A stretch of 64,000 nt of DNA, from the NCBI GenBank assembly GCA_036504595.1, contig DASXUX010000047.1:66662-130661 (forward strand), in the 5' to 3' direction. The stretch comes from Planctomycetota bacterium (GTDB lineage Bacteria > Planctomycetota > SZUA-567 > H5-PLA8). This document shows positions 30,437 to 38,859 of this stretch, one piece after another. Within the stretch, counting starts at the first letter, position 1, and each line of letters opens with the position of its first letter. The position numbers and the translations under genes are program-made. Under the pieces are notes generated by a model that made no database searches, had not been told where the DNA came from, and saw only the letters and a list, made by a program, of their open reading frames with translations.

Positions 30437-32605
30437 ATGCGTTTATCCAAGACCTGTGCTTTTGCATTCGCTGTGCTGGCGGCGGTTTCTGTCGTGGCTG
30501 GGGAAGGGGATGGCGAGCGCGCGATCGTGCCGCCGTTCAAGCCCTGGAAAGAAGTGCAAAGCCCGGAGCTCAAAGCGTTCAACGCCCCGGTTGCCGAACG
30601 TTTCGAACTGCCCAACGGCATGATCCTGTTCTTGCTCGAAGATCATGAACTTCCGCTGATCGAACTGTCGATGACCACGCGCTTCGGCGACATTCATGAA
30701 CCCGCTGGACAGAACGGTATCGGCGACGCCGTCGCGACCGTGATGCGCAGCGGCGGAAGCGAAAAATATCCCGGCGATAAGCTCGACCAGATCCTCGAAG
30801 ACATGGCCGCCGAGATGCGAGTCGGCGTCAGCACCGATTCGGGTTCGGCCAGCCTCTCATGCCTGCGCGAAGACTTCGACAAAGGCCTCGGCATCTTCAT
30901 CGACGTGCTGCGGCGCCCGCTCTTCCCCGAAGACAAGATCGATCTGTATCTCTCGCAGGCTCGCACCGCGATCAGCAAGCGCAACGACTCGCCGCATTCC
31001 ATCTCCGGCCGCGAATTCCGCCGCGCTCTGTACGGCGAGAAAAGCCCGTACGCCAAAGTCACCGAATATGCGGATTTGAATCGTATCAATCGCGAATCGA
31101 TGCAGCAGTACCACAAGGACTTCTTCCATCCGAACATGTTCATCATGGGGATTGTCGGCGACTTCAAGAAAGCCGAAATGCTTGATAAGATCAAACAAGC
31201 CTTTGCCGACTGGCCCGCGGAAAAGGTCGCGCTTCCGCAAGTCGAACAAATCTCCACGAACCACAAGAAGAAGATTCTGTTCGTGGAACGCCCGCGGCTG
31301 AATCAGACGACGTTCGTCATGGGCCACACGCTCGATCTGCTCAGGAACAGCAAAGATTATCCCGCGATCCAGGTGCTCAACGAGGTGCTTTCCGGTGGCA
31401 TGTCCGCGCGCATGTTCACTGAGGTCCGGACGAAGAAAGGCCTGGCGTATTCCGTGTGGGGTTACGCCGGAATCCAGTACGACCGGCCCGGCACGTTTTA
31501 TTGCATGGCGCTGACGCGCAACGAACAGACCCTCGATGCCATCGACGCCGTCCGCCTGGAAGTCGAGCGCATGCGCGAATCCGGCATCACTGAAAACGAA
31601 CTCCAGGAGGCGCGCGAGCATATTCTCAACTCGTTCGTCTTCAACTTCGATTCGCCCTCCAAAATCATCGGCCGGCAGATCACGTATGAGTTCTACAAAT
31701 ACCCGATGAACTTCGCCGAGACGCTTCTCGAAGCGATCAAGAAGGTCAGCGTCGAAGATGTCAATAAGGCCGCCAAGAAGTATCTCGACCCCGAAAAGTT
31801 CGTGCTGCTCGGCGTCGGCACAACCGCGGGAATGGACGAAGCCAAATCGATGCGCGGCCTGAAAGACGTGCAGATGGTGGACGTGACGATTCCCATCCCG
31901 CGCACCGAGCCGATGGTCATCGATCCCAAGCGCGAACAGGACGGCAAGCGCATCCTGGCCGAATGCCTGAAGGCCGCCGGTGGCGTCGAAGCCTTCCGCA
32001 AAGTCCACAGCGTGCGCGCCGACGTGGTGCTCGATCACAAAGGCTACAAACTGAAGGCATGCCTGCGCAGCTCGTCGCTCGATTGCGTTCGTGTGGATGT
32101 GGCTGGACCCTTTGGCGCGATCACACAGGTGATGACGAAAGATTCCGCATGGAAGGCCTCCGGCAATTCAGTCAGCGATCTCAAGCCCGCCGAGGCGCGC
32201 AAAAACCTGCGCACGCTGCTGCATTCCGATCTGGGCCTGATGCGCGTGCTCGCCGCCGGCCAGGAAGGCTACAACGTTCAAGTGCTCGAACCCACTCGCG
32301 ACGGCGACCGGCAACTGGTCGGTGTGGAAATCGAATCGCAATCGCTCGGCCGCATCAAAATCTGGTTTGATGCGGAAAAGAAACTGATCTATCGCATTCG
32401 CTACGTCGCCGATGGTGTGCAGAAAGAATATGACAAACTCTTCAGCGACCACGAGACATTCGGCGGCATAACCCTGGCGCGCACGATTGTGGATAAAGAC
32501 CCCGCCGGCCCCAAGCAGATCGACATGAAGAATGTCCAGCTCAACCCAGCCCTGGACGCCGCGCTCTTCGCCCGCCCGGAGAAAGCGACACCGCCGCCGG
32601 AGTGA
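30437..32605 (+). CDS. secreted M16 (pitrilysin/insulinase) family peptidase-like protein with extra C-terminal (LolA-like?) domain
   Basis: M16 fold-type sequence (LPNGMILFLLEDHELPLIEL..., FHPNMFIMGIVGDF). No HxxEH zinc motif seen, so it may be non-catalytic. ATG 30437 (MRLSKTCAFAFAVLAAVSVVAG) follows GGAG. Confidence 0.7.
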   Translation: MRLSKTCAFAFAVLAAVSVVAGEGDGERAIVPPFKPWKEVQSPELKAFNAPVAERFELPNGMILFLLEDHELPLIELSMTTRFGDIHEPAGQNGIGDAVATVMRSGGSEKYPGDKLDQILEDMAAEMRVGVSTDSGSASLSCLREDFDKGLGIFIDVLRRPLFPEDKIDLYLSQARTAISKRNDSPHSISGREFRRALYGEKSPYAKVTEYADLNRINRESMQQYHKDFFHPNMFIMGIVGDFKKAEMLDKIKQAFADWPAEKVALPQVEQISTNHKKKILFVERPRLNQTTFVMGHTLDLLRNSKDYPAIQVLNEVLSGGMSARMFTEVRTKKGLAYSVWGYAGIQYDRPGTFYCMALTRNEQTLDAIDAVRLEVERMRESGITENELQEAREHILNSFVFNFDSPSKIIGRQITYEFYKYPMNFAETLLEAIKKVSVEDVNKAAKKYLDPEKFVLLGVGTTAGMDEAKSMRGLKDVQMVDVTIPIPRTEPMVIDPKREQDGKRILAECLKAAGGVEAFRKVHSVRADVVLDHKGYKLKACLRSSSLDCVRVDVAGPFGAITQVMTKDSAWKASGNSVSDLKPAEARKNLRTLLHSDLGLMRVLAAGQEGYNVQVLEPTRDGDRQLVGVEIESQSLGRIKIWFDAEKKLIYRIRYVADGVQKEYDKLFSDHETFGGITLARTIVDKDPAGPKQIDMKNVQLNPALDAALFARPEKATPPPE

Positions 32606-32610
32606 ACAAC

Positions 32611-32701
32611 GGCGGGGTTCAGGGTCCAGGATTCGGGGTTCGGTTGTGCATTGTCATAGGCTTTCGCCTGAGCCCTGACCCCTGAACCCTAGACCCTGCC
32701 G
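32611..32701. repeat. inverted pair of CCTGAAC-family heptamer arrays (arms 32611-32643 and 32667-32701) between convergent genes
   Basis: ggcggggttcagggtccaggattcggggttcgg opposite cctgagccctgacccctgaaccctagaccctgccg. Confidence 0.85.
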
Positions 32702-32702
32702 T

Positions 32703-33446
32703 TTAGATAATTCGCCCCGAGACCCACGCGCTGCACTGCAGCACGCCGCCAACTTTCGCGCCTTTGGGAAGCAACTCCGGATCGGCAACCACGTCAATTT
32801 CGCCGACAGAGTTCCGAATCCGCATCCACCAGAAGCGCGCTTTGCTCGTGGGATTGAGGATCTGTTCGCAATCTAAAATCACGCCGCAGATCATGGCCGT
32901 TGCGGCAGGCTCTGCGCCGGTCTTGCGCCCCTTCTCGTTCAAGCCAACGGGCATGAAGGCGTCAATGGAAAGCCGGCTGTTGGAGCGTGTGCTGGCGGCA
33001 CGAAACTCGGCCTCGCTGGGTGCAACAACGCACTGCTGAGCGAAAGCGGTCAACTGCACAGACGAGATCACCGGCAGTTTGAGTTCGGAATGCGCGTGGA
33101 AGTTCGGCGTGTCGAAGACAAAACGGAAGGTCCCGTGAATCTGCTCGTTGCCATACGGCTGCGCCAGCGCCACGAACCCGCCATCCATGGGAAATCCCGC
33201 GCGATGGACGCGCTTTTCCAGCCCGGCGCTGGTGCGCGTTTTTCCCGAGAAATGCGGATTCATGCCGATGAGTTCCTCGTTGGGTGTGAGCTGAATCCAC
33301 AACTCGATGCCGCTGCCGAGCGCCCAGACGATGTACGTTCCCTTCTCGCAGCGCGTGGCTCGTCCGTTCTGAAAACACTTGCGCGCCAGCGCTTCCAGTT
33401 CAGCGCCCGTCTGCGTGAATCCAATATCGGACAGGTTCGTAGCCAT
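32703..33446 (-). CDS. hypothetical cytoplasmic protein (247 aa)
   Basis: Track ORF 32703-33488. ATG 33446 lies 9 nt after GGGAGGG. No motif recognised. Confidence 0.55.
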   Translation of the reverse strand: MATNLSDIGFTQTGAELEALARKCFQNGRATRCEKGTYIVWALGSGIELWIQLTPNEELIGMNPHFSGKTRTSAGLEKRVHRAGFPMDGGFVALAQPYGNEQIHGTFRFVFDTPNFHAHSELKLPVISSVQLTAFAQQCVVAPSEAEFRAASTRSNSRLSIDAFMPVGLNEKGRKTGAEPAATAMICGVILDCEQILNPTSKARFWWMRIRNSVGEIDVVADPELLPKGAKVGGVLQCSAWVSGRII

Positions 33447-33475
33447 CGGCATATCCCTCCCGACCGGACATTGTA

Positions 33476-33496
33476 GCGCAATCCTCATCGATTGCG
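33476..33496. repeat. GCAATC-N-GATTGC mini-hairpin
   Basis: gcgcaatcctcatcgattgcg. Confidence 0.6.
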
Positions 33497-33596
33497 TACC
33501 GGAAACATGTGGGGCAGGCTGTTTAGCCTGCCCTTCCGTTCGGACTTCGGATTTTGCTTTTTCGACGCCGTTTTCCCGCTATCGTTGTCCTGCCGT

Positions 33597-33626
33597 TTGA
33601 CAGACGCCCATGCAAAGTGTTATAAT
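33597..33626 (+). promoter_or_regulatory. near-consensus sigma70 promoter TTGACA-18 nt-TATAAT upstream of nadE
   Basis: ttgaca at 33597-33602 and tataat at 33621-33626. GGAGG at 33636-33640 precedes ATG 33647. Confidence 0.55.
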
Positions 33627-33646
33627 AACACTAAGCGGAGGTGGAT

Positions 33647-35623
33647 ATGCAACTGCTCAAGGTCGCCGCCGGTGTGCTGAACCAGACCCCTCTGGATTGG
33701 GCCGGCAACAAAGAGAACATCCTCGGCGCAATCGCGCAGGCGCGCGAGCAGGGCGCGAGTATTCTCTGTCTGCCCGAAATGTGCATTTGTGGCTACGGCT
33801 GCGAGGACGCGTTTCACTCCCCCGGCCTGCATCGCACCGCATGGGACATTTTGAGGGAACTCGTCCCGGCGACCCGCGGCATGATCGTCTCTCTCGGGCT
33901 GCCGGTCTTCCATCAGAACGCGCTGTTCAACGCCGCGTGCCTCGTCGCCGACGGTCAAATTCTGGGCTTTGTGGCGAAACGGTTTCTGGCAGGAGACGGG
34001 ATTCATTACGAACCGCGCTGGTTCAAGCCCTGGCCCGGCGGCGTGCGTTCGAGCATCGAAATCGCCGGTGAGCGGTTTCCGATCGGCGATCTGTATTTCG
34101 ATTGTGGCGGCGTGAAAATCGGCTTTGAGATTTGCGAGGACGCGTGGGTTGCTAAGCGCCCCGGCGGTAGCCTGGCCCTCGAAGGAATCGACGTACTGCT
34201 CAACCCAAGCGCCAGCCATTTCGCGTTCGGTAAAATGGACGTGCGCAAGCGCTTCGTGCTGGAAGGATCGCGCGCCTTCGGCGTCAGCTACGTCTACGCG
34301 AATCTCCTGGGAAACGAATCGGGCCGGGTCATCTACGACGGCGGCGCGATCATCGCCTCCGGCGGACGGATCATCGCGCTGGGGCCGCGCTTCGCCCTGG
34401 GCGGCTACAGCGTCACGACAGCGGTGGTCGATCTGGACGCCACGCGCATGAGCCAGGCGCGCACGGGCAGCTTCATGCCGCAGATCGGCGCCACGCAGGA
34501 CAACGTGGTGCGAACGGAATTCTCGTTCCCTGAAGTTGCGCCTTCCTGCGAGCCAGCCGCCGCGGAGGAATGGGAACACACGCCCTACGTCAAGGGAGAG
34601 GAGTTTACGCGAGCGGTCACGCTGGCGTTGTTTGACTACATGCGCAAAAGCCGTTCGCGCGGCTTCGTCGTTTCGCTGAGCGGCGGGGCGGATTCGTCCG
34701 CCGTCTGCTGCCTGGTCGCGTTGATGGTGCAGCGCGCAAAGCAGGAACTCGGCCCGCAAGGCGCTCTGAAAACACTCTCGTATTGGAGCGATCTGCAAAC
34801 TCTGGACGTGCGCCGGATGCTCACCTGTATCTACCAGGGAACCGAAAACAGTTCGTCCGCCGGCCGCGATTCCGCACGGCAGCTCGCCGCAGCGCTCGGC
34901 GCACGCTACATGGAGTTCGACATCGGCGACATCGTCAAGGATTACGTGGGCATGGTTTCGGCGAGCGCGCAGCGGTCGATCACGTGGGATGCGGACGACA
35001 TCGCACTGCAGAACATTCAAGCGCGCGTGCGCGCTCCGGGCGTATGGATGATCGCGAATCTACAGAACTCGCTGCTGCTGGCCACCAGCGACCGCTCCGA
35101 AACCGCCGTGGGATATTGCACCATGGACGGCGACACGTGTGGCGGACTGGCTCCGATCGCGGGCATCGACAAACATTTTCTGCGGCAGTGGCTGCGCTGG
35201 ATGGAAACCGCCGGCCCTCACGGCTTGCAGCCGATTCCCACGCTAGCAGCCGTGAACGCGCTCGTGCCGACACCCGAACTGCGTCCGTTGACGATGCAGC
35301 AGACAGCCGAGCACGACTTGATGCCATACGATCTGCTTGACGCCGTGGAGCGCGCCGTGATCCGAGACAAGAAGACGCCTGTGGATGCGTTCCAGCTTCT
35401 GCATGTGCAATTCCCGCACTTTCCGCCGAAGCTGCTGGCCGGATGGATCGAGCGCTTCTTCCGGCTGTGGTGCCGCAACCAGTGGAAACGCGAACGCTAC
35501 GCGCCGTCGTTCCATCTGGATGACGAGAATCTGGATCCAAAAACGTGGTGCCGCTTCCCTATTTTGTCGGGAAATTACGATCGCGAACTGTCACAGTTGC
35601 GGGCGCTGGTTGGCGAGCTATAG
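33647..35623 (+). CDS. nadE: glutamine-dependent NAD+ synthetase (nitrilase domain plus NAD synthase domain)
   Basis: CLPEMCICGY and FEICEDAW (nitrilase-type), and SLSGGADSS (SGGxDS PP-loop). Confidence 0.9.
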   Translation: MQLLKVAAGVLNQTPLDWAGNKENILGAIAQAREQGASILCLPEMCICGYGCEDAFHSPGLHRTAWDILRELVPATRGMIVSLGLPVFHQNALFNAACLVADGQILGFVAKRFLAGDGIHYEPRWFKPWPGGVRSSIEIAGERFPIGDLYFDCGGVKIGFEICEDAWVAKRPGGSLALEGIDVLLNPSASHFAFGKMDVRKRFVLEGSRAFGVSYVYANLLGNESGRVIYDGGAIIASGGRIIALGPRFALGGYSVTTAVVDLDATRMSQARTGSFMPQIGATQDNVVRTEFSFPEVAPSCEPAAAEEWEHTPYVKGEEFTRAVTLALFDYMRKSRSRGFVVSLSGGADSSAVCCLVALMVQRAKQELGPQGALKTLSYWSDLQTLDVRRMLTCIYQGTENSSSAGRDSARQLAAALGARYMEFDIGDIVKDYVGMVSASAQRSITWDADDIALQNIQARVRAPGVWMIANLQNSLLLATSDRSETAVGYCTMDGDTCGGLAPIAGIDKHFLRQWLRWMETAGPHGLQPIPTLAAVNALVPTPELRPLTMQQTAEHDLMPYDLLDAVERAVIRDKKTPVDAFQLLHVQFPHFPPKLLAGWIERFFRLWCRNQWKRERYAPSFHLDDENLDPKTWCRFPILSGNYDRELSQLRALVGEL

Positions 35624-35665
35624 TTAGTGAGTGGTGGCTGGTGAGTGGTGGCTGGTGGTCGATGG
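35621..35665. repeat. GGTGAGT-family array (14-mer gtgagtggtggctg x2)
   Basis: tagttagtgagtggtggctggtgagtggtggctggtggtcgatgg, starting at the nadE stop. Confidence 0.8.
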
Positions 35666-35716
35666 TTCATGAAGCGTTGAGCCAACTCGCCACACGAAGT
35701 TTCTGCGGAGCAGTTA

Positions 35717-36523
35717 ATGCCTGTTGAACCGATCGCATTTCTCCTGGGGCTGGGAAGCCGGCCGATACCGCTTGTGCCGGGCTCCGTCGTCACGTTGGGG
35801 CGCGACGCTCAAAACACCATTCCCATAGACGACGCGCTGGCCAGCCGTCAGCACGCCTGTATTCACTGCGAAAACAACAGCGTTCTGGTCAGCGACATGG
35901 GTTCGCGAAATGGCACCTTCGTCAACGATCAGCGCGTCAATGGAGCTGAGCGCGTGGCGCTGCGGAGCGATGACCGCATTCGCATTGGCGGGAAGGTGCT
36001 GCATTTTGTCAGCACTCAGGCGGGGATGGAGCCGCGCAAGGCCGCGCAGAAGTGGGCCGCGCAATGCGCCCAGATGCAGACGATCGACAACGCGGTTTAC
36101 TTCAAAGACGGAAAAGTCGTGACGCAGTCTGCCCCCAAAACGGCGACGGTGCCAGTAACCCCGGAACATACACAGCCTGTCGGCGAAGATACGACATCAG
36201 CGGCCTTGTCGGGCTCACTGGAAGGCGGCTGCTTGCCGCAAATCATGCAGTATATCCATACTGCTGCGCTCACCGGCGCCCTGCGCGTTCTTGGGAAACG
36301 CAATGGCTCGATCCTCTTTCTAAATGGTCAGCTCCACGCGGCTACCAATGGCGCACAGGCGGGAGTGGACGCCGTGTACGGCTGCGCGCGCGAAACGGAA
36401 GGAAAATTCGCCTTCGAACGCTTCGAGCCCGCGCAGATTGAGTCCGTGCCGAAGACGATCACGCTGGGCACGATCAATGTGATCTTCGAATGCTGCCGCC
36501 AAATGGACGAATCGAATAAGTAA
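35717..36523 (+). CDS. FHA domain plus DUF4388 (PatA-like) domain protein
   Basis: FHA: VTLGRDAQNTIPIDDALASRQHACI...SRNGTFVND. C-terminus: GSLEGGCLPQIMQYIHTAALTGALRV. Confidence 0.8.
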   Translation: MPVEPIAFLLGLGSRPIPLVPGSVVTLGRDAQNTIPIDDALASRQHACIHCENNSVLVSDMGSRNGTFVNDQRVNGAERVALRSDDRIRIGGKVLHFVSTQAGMEPRKAAQKWAAQCAQMQTIDNAVYFKDGKVVTQSAPKTATVPVTPEHTQPVGEDTTSAALSGSLEGGCLPQIMQYIHTAALTGALRVLGKRNGSILFLNGQLHAATNGAQAGVDAVYGCARETEGKFAFERFEPAQIESVPKTITLGTINVIFECCRQMDESNK

Positions 36524-36601
36524 TGGTGAGTGGTACTTGGTGAGTGGTGAGTGGTACTCCGTGAGCGTCACCACTCACTACTCACCACTCCACCACCGAC
36601 C
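36521..36601. repeat. inverted pair of GGTGAGT-family arrays with almost no loop (arms 36521-36565 and 36566-36601) between convergent genes
   Basis: taatggtgagtggtacttggtgagtggtgagtggtactccgtgag opposite cgtcaccactcactactcaccactccaccaccgacc. Confidence 0.85.
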
Positions 36602-36606
36602 AAACT

Positions 36607-38859
36607 TCAGTTTACATTCGTCGCGCTGATGCAGAACGGCGCTCCCGGAAATTCCAGCACGCCGCCGCATTCGAAATCCGCCTTGCCGTCCGCGCCCATG
36701 CCAAAGCGCGCGCCGCCATTCGTCGCGAAGACCAGTTCGCTGTACCGGTAGTTGACGATCTTTCGGCCTTTGAAATCGGCAACCGTGATCAGCGCCGTCT
36801 GGATGCCGTGCGTGTCGGCGACTTCCACGTGCACGGGGTCGAGCAGCCGCGCGTCGCGCAGGCGCCGCGCTACCTCCGCGCCTTTTTCCGAATAATGCAC
36901 CCACGCGATCTCGCGATCGCCGCGCGAAACGGCCAGGAACGAATCGTGCGAGAATTTTTGATAAGCCAGGCACACCGGATTGCGCCCGACCTGCACGGTG
37001 CCGATGCACGCGGCGTCCTGTGCCCCAGCAGCCGCTTCGGTCGCCAGTCCGCCCACTTTGTAGATGCCGATGCGCCCGTCTTGCGACGCGACGAAGGCTC
37101 GCGCGTGCTTGCCGCCTTCCATGCTCGCCAAAACCGCCGTGGGCTGCGGCTGAGCCAGCACCGCGACAACCGGCGGCTTCCAGGACGGTTCGACATCAAA
37201 GGTCTGCGGCCACTGCTTGGGGTCGGGCCCCGAATCGCGCGTCTTCTTGTAGTTCTCGTCGCTCGTGAAGTACATTTCCCTCACACGCGCGAAGAGCGGC
37301 TGAAGATCAAGGAACGCGACTTTTCCTTCGCTGCTTGAAATCACGACCGCAAACCCGCAGCGGCTGCAGTAATGGCCGTTGTTTCCGTTGTAGAAACATT
37401 CGCGGTGGCCGGGTTGTGAGAGATCGAACGTTCGCAGCGTGGTCTGGTTCCCGTCCGGCCCGTTCAGGCGCACCATCGTTGTGTCGCCCACAGCCGAGAT
37501 CCCCGACGGAAAACTGATTCCCGGCAAGTCCACGAAGCCCAGGAGCTTCATGCGCGTGAAGACCGCCACGTTCGGCAGGCACGGGTGGTCGTCTTTCCAT
37601 TCGTGAGCAAACCCCGTCTTCTTGGCGCTGCTCTCGAGCGCGATTACAGCCACCTGTCCTTTATTCTGTTCCACGTCGCAAACGGTGATCAGCGCGAACT
37701 CGTTTTTGTTCGTGACCGAAATCGCCGTCGGAATTTTCCCGCGCGGAAGCAACAGCGCCGGATCGGAGCCCTTTCCCGTGCACGTGCCCGCGGTGGCGAC
37801 CAGCCCGGAAGAAAAAACGATCACGCCGCAATTCGACCACGTCCCCATCCCGCGCGCCATGAACACCGGCGCTCCCGGATGCCCGCCCGCCGCCTGCTGC
37901 CAGTGCTTCGACGCCGGTTCCGGCCGGAAGCCGCCCCACCACGGCGGCTCTGGCTTCTCGCTGAAGCAGTTGTTCGACATTTCCAAAACGGTCACGCGGT
38001 CCACACCGAGCCCGTTATCTGGCACGTACAGAATCTGCCCCTGCGTGCTGCTGTAATCGCCCGCGTCCTTCGACCACGGCCCGCCGACTTGGTAGTGCCT
38101 GTTCTTCGCGCCGCCGTCTTTGCTCGGCGGCATCCATATCTCCGGGATCTTCTCCGCCTGCCCTTTGTGATAGAACGCATAATCCGGCCCCAGCCGCCGG
38201 TCCGCGCCCGCGAGGCTGAAATCGGTCAGCAGACGCAGCACCGCCGAACGATCCGCTTTGCCTGCCGTGGGAGCGACACTCTTGTCGCGCTCAGTCGTTG
38301 TTTTCTCCGTGCTCTCTTTTGCCGGCCCAACGCTGTTCTGCTTTAGCCACGCCCAGCGCGCCGCTGCCGCGTCGCGCACGGTGGGGCTCAGTTCCACTGC
38401 TTTGGTGAGAACCTCGTCCGCTTTAGCGGTTTGTTTTGCTGCCGCGTAAAAATCTGCGAGCACCACCAGCCCTTCGGCATTCTTGGCGAAACAGGCTGAG
38501 GCCGTCGCAGTGAGTTGCTCCGGCTTCAATCTCTCCCAGGTGACAGTCAGAACGTTGCCGCTGACGAGAAACGAAACCTGCTTCTCATCACAGGACGTGA
38601 ATTCTGCCCAATCGGGTTTTCCAAATAGATCGATCCAGACGCGCACCTTTCCGCCGCCGCGCGTGTTCTTGATAAGCGATTCCTGCAACGCCTTGCGTGC
38701 CTGCGCTTCATCCGACGGCGTGAAATCCGCACCATCACAAAGAACGCATGCGGTGAGAATAAGAAGTCCGAAACTTCTCACCACAGAGGACACAGAGGCT
38801 CTTCTTATCAATGCATTTTCCTCCGCGCCCTCTGCGTCCTCTGCGGTAAGATTCTTCAT
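36607..38859 (-). CDS. 750-aa hypothetical secreted protein or lipoprotein (beta-propeller-like?)
   Basis: ATG 38859 overlaps the upstream stop (ATGA). Alternative GTG starts at 38784/38781 would give MRSFGLLILTAC with an LTAC lipobox. No family recognised. Confidence 0.7.
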   Translation of the reverse strand: MKNLTAEDAEGAEENALIRRASVSSVVRSFGLLILTACVLCDGADFTPSDEAQARKALQESLIKNTRGGGKVRVWIDLFGKPDWAEFTSCDEKQVSFLVSGNVLTVTWERLKPEQLTATASACFAKNAEGLVVLADFYAAAKQTAKADEVLTKAVELSPTVRDAAAARWAWLKQNSVGPAKESTEKTTTERDKSVAPTAGKADRSAVLRLLTDFSLAGADRRLGPDYAFYHKGQAEKIPEIWMPPSKDGGAKNRHYQVGGPWSKDAGDYSSTQGQILYVPDNGLGVDRVTVLEMSNNCFSEKPEPPWWGGFRPEPASKHWQQAAGGHPGAPVFMARGMGTWSNCGVIVFSSGLVATAGTCTGKGSDPALLLPRGKIPTAISVTNKNEFALITVCDVEQNKGQVAVIALESSAKKTGFAHEWKDDHPCLPNVAVFTRMKLLGFVDLPGISFPSGISAVGDTTMVRLNGPDGNQTTLRTFDLSQPGHRECFYNGNNGHYCSRCGFAVVISSSEGKVAFLDLQPLFARVREMYFTSDENYKKTRDSGPDPKQWPQTFDVEPSWKPPVVAVLAQPQPTAVLASMEGGKHARAFVASQDGRIGIYKVGGLATEAAAGAQDAACIGTVQVGRNPVCLAYQKFSHDSFLAVSRGDREIAWVHYSEKGAEVARRLRDARLLDPVHVEVADTHGIQTALITVADFKGRKIVNYRYSELVFATNGGARFGMGADGKADFECGGVLEFPGAPFCISATNVN
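38774..38850. repeat. inverted pair of CTCTGCG/CACAGAG-family arrays inside the first 85 nt of the annotated 750-aa ORF
   Basis: cttctcaccacagaggacacagagg (38774-38798) opposite cctccgcgccctctgcgtcctctgcggtaag (38820-38850). Confidence 0.8.
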
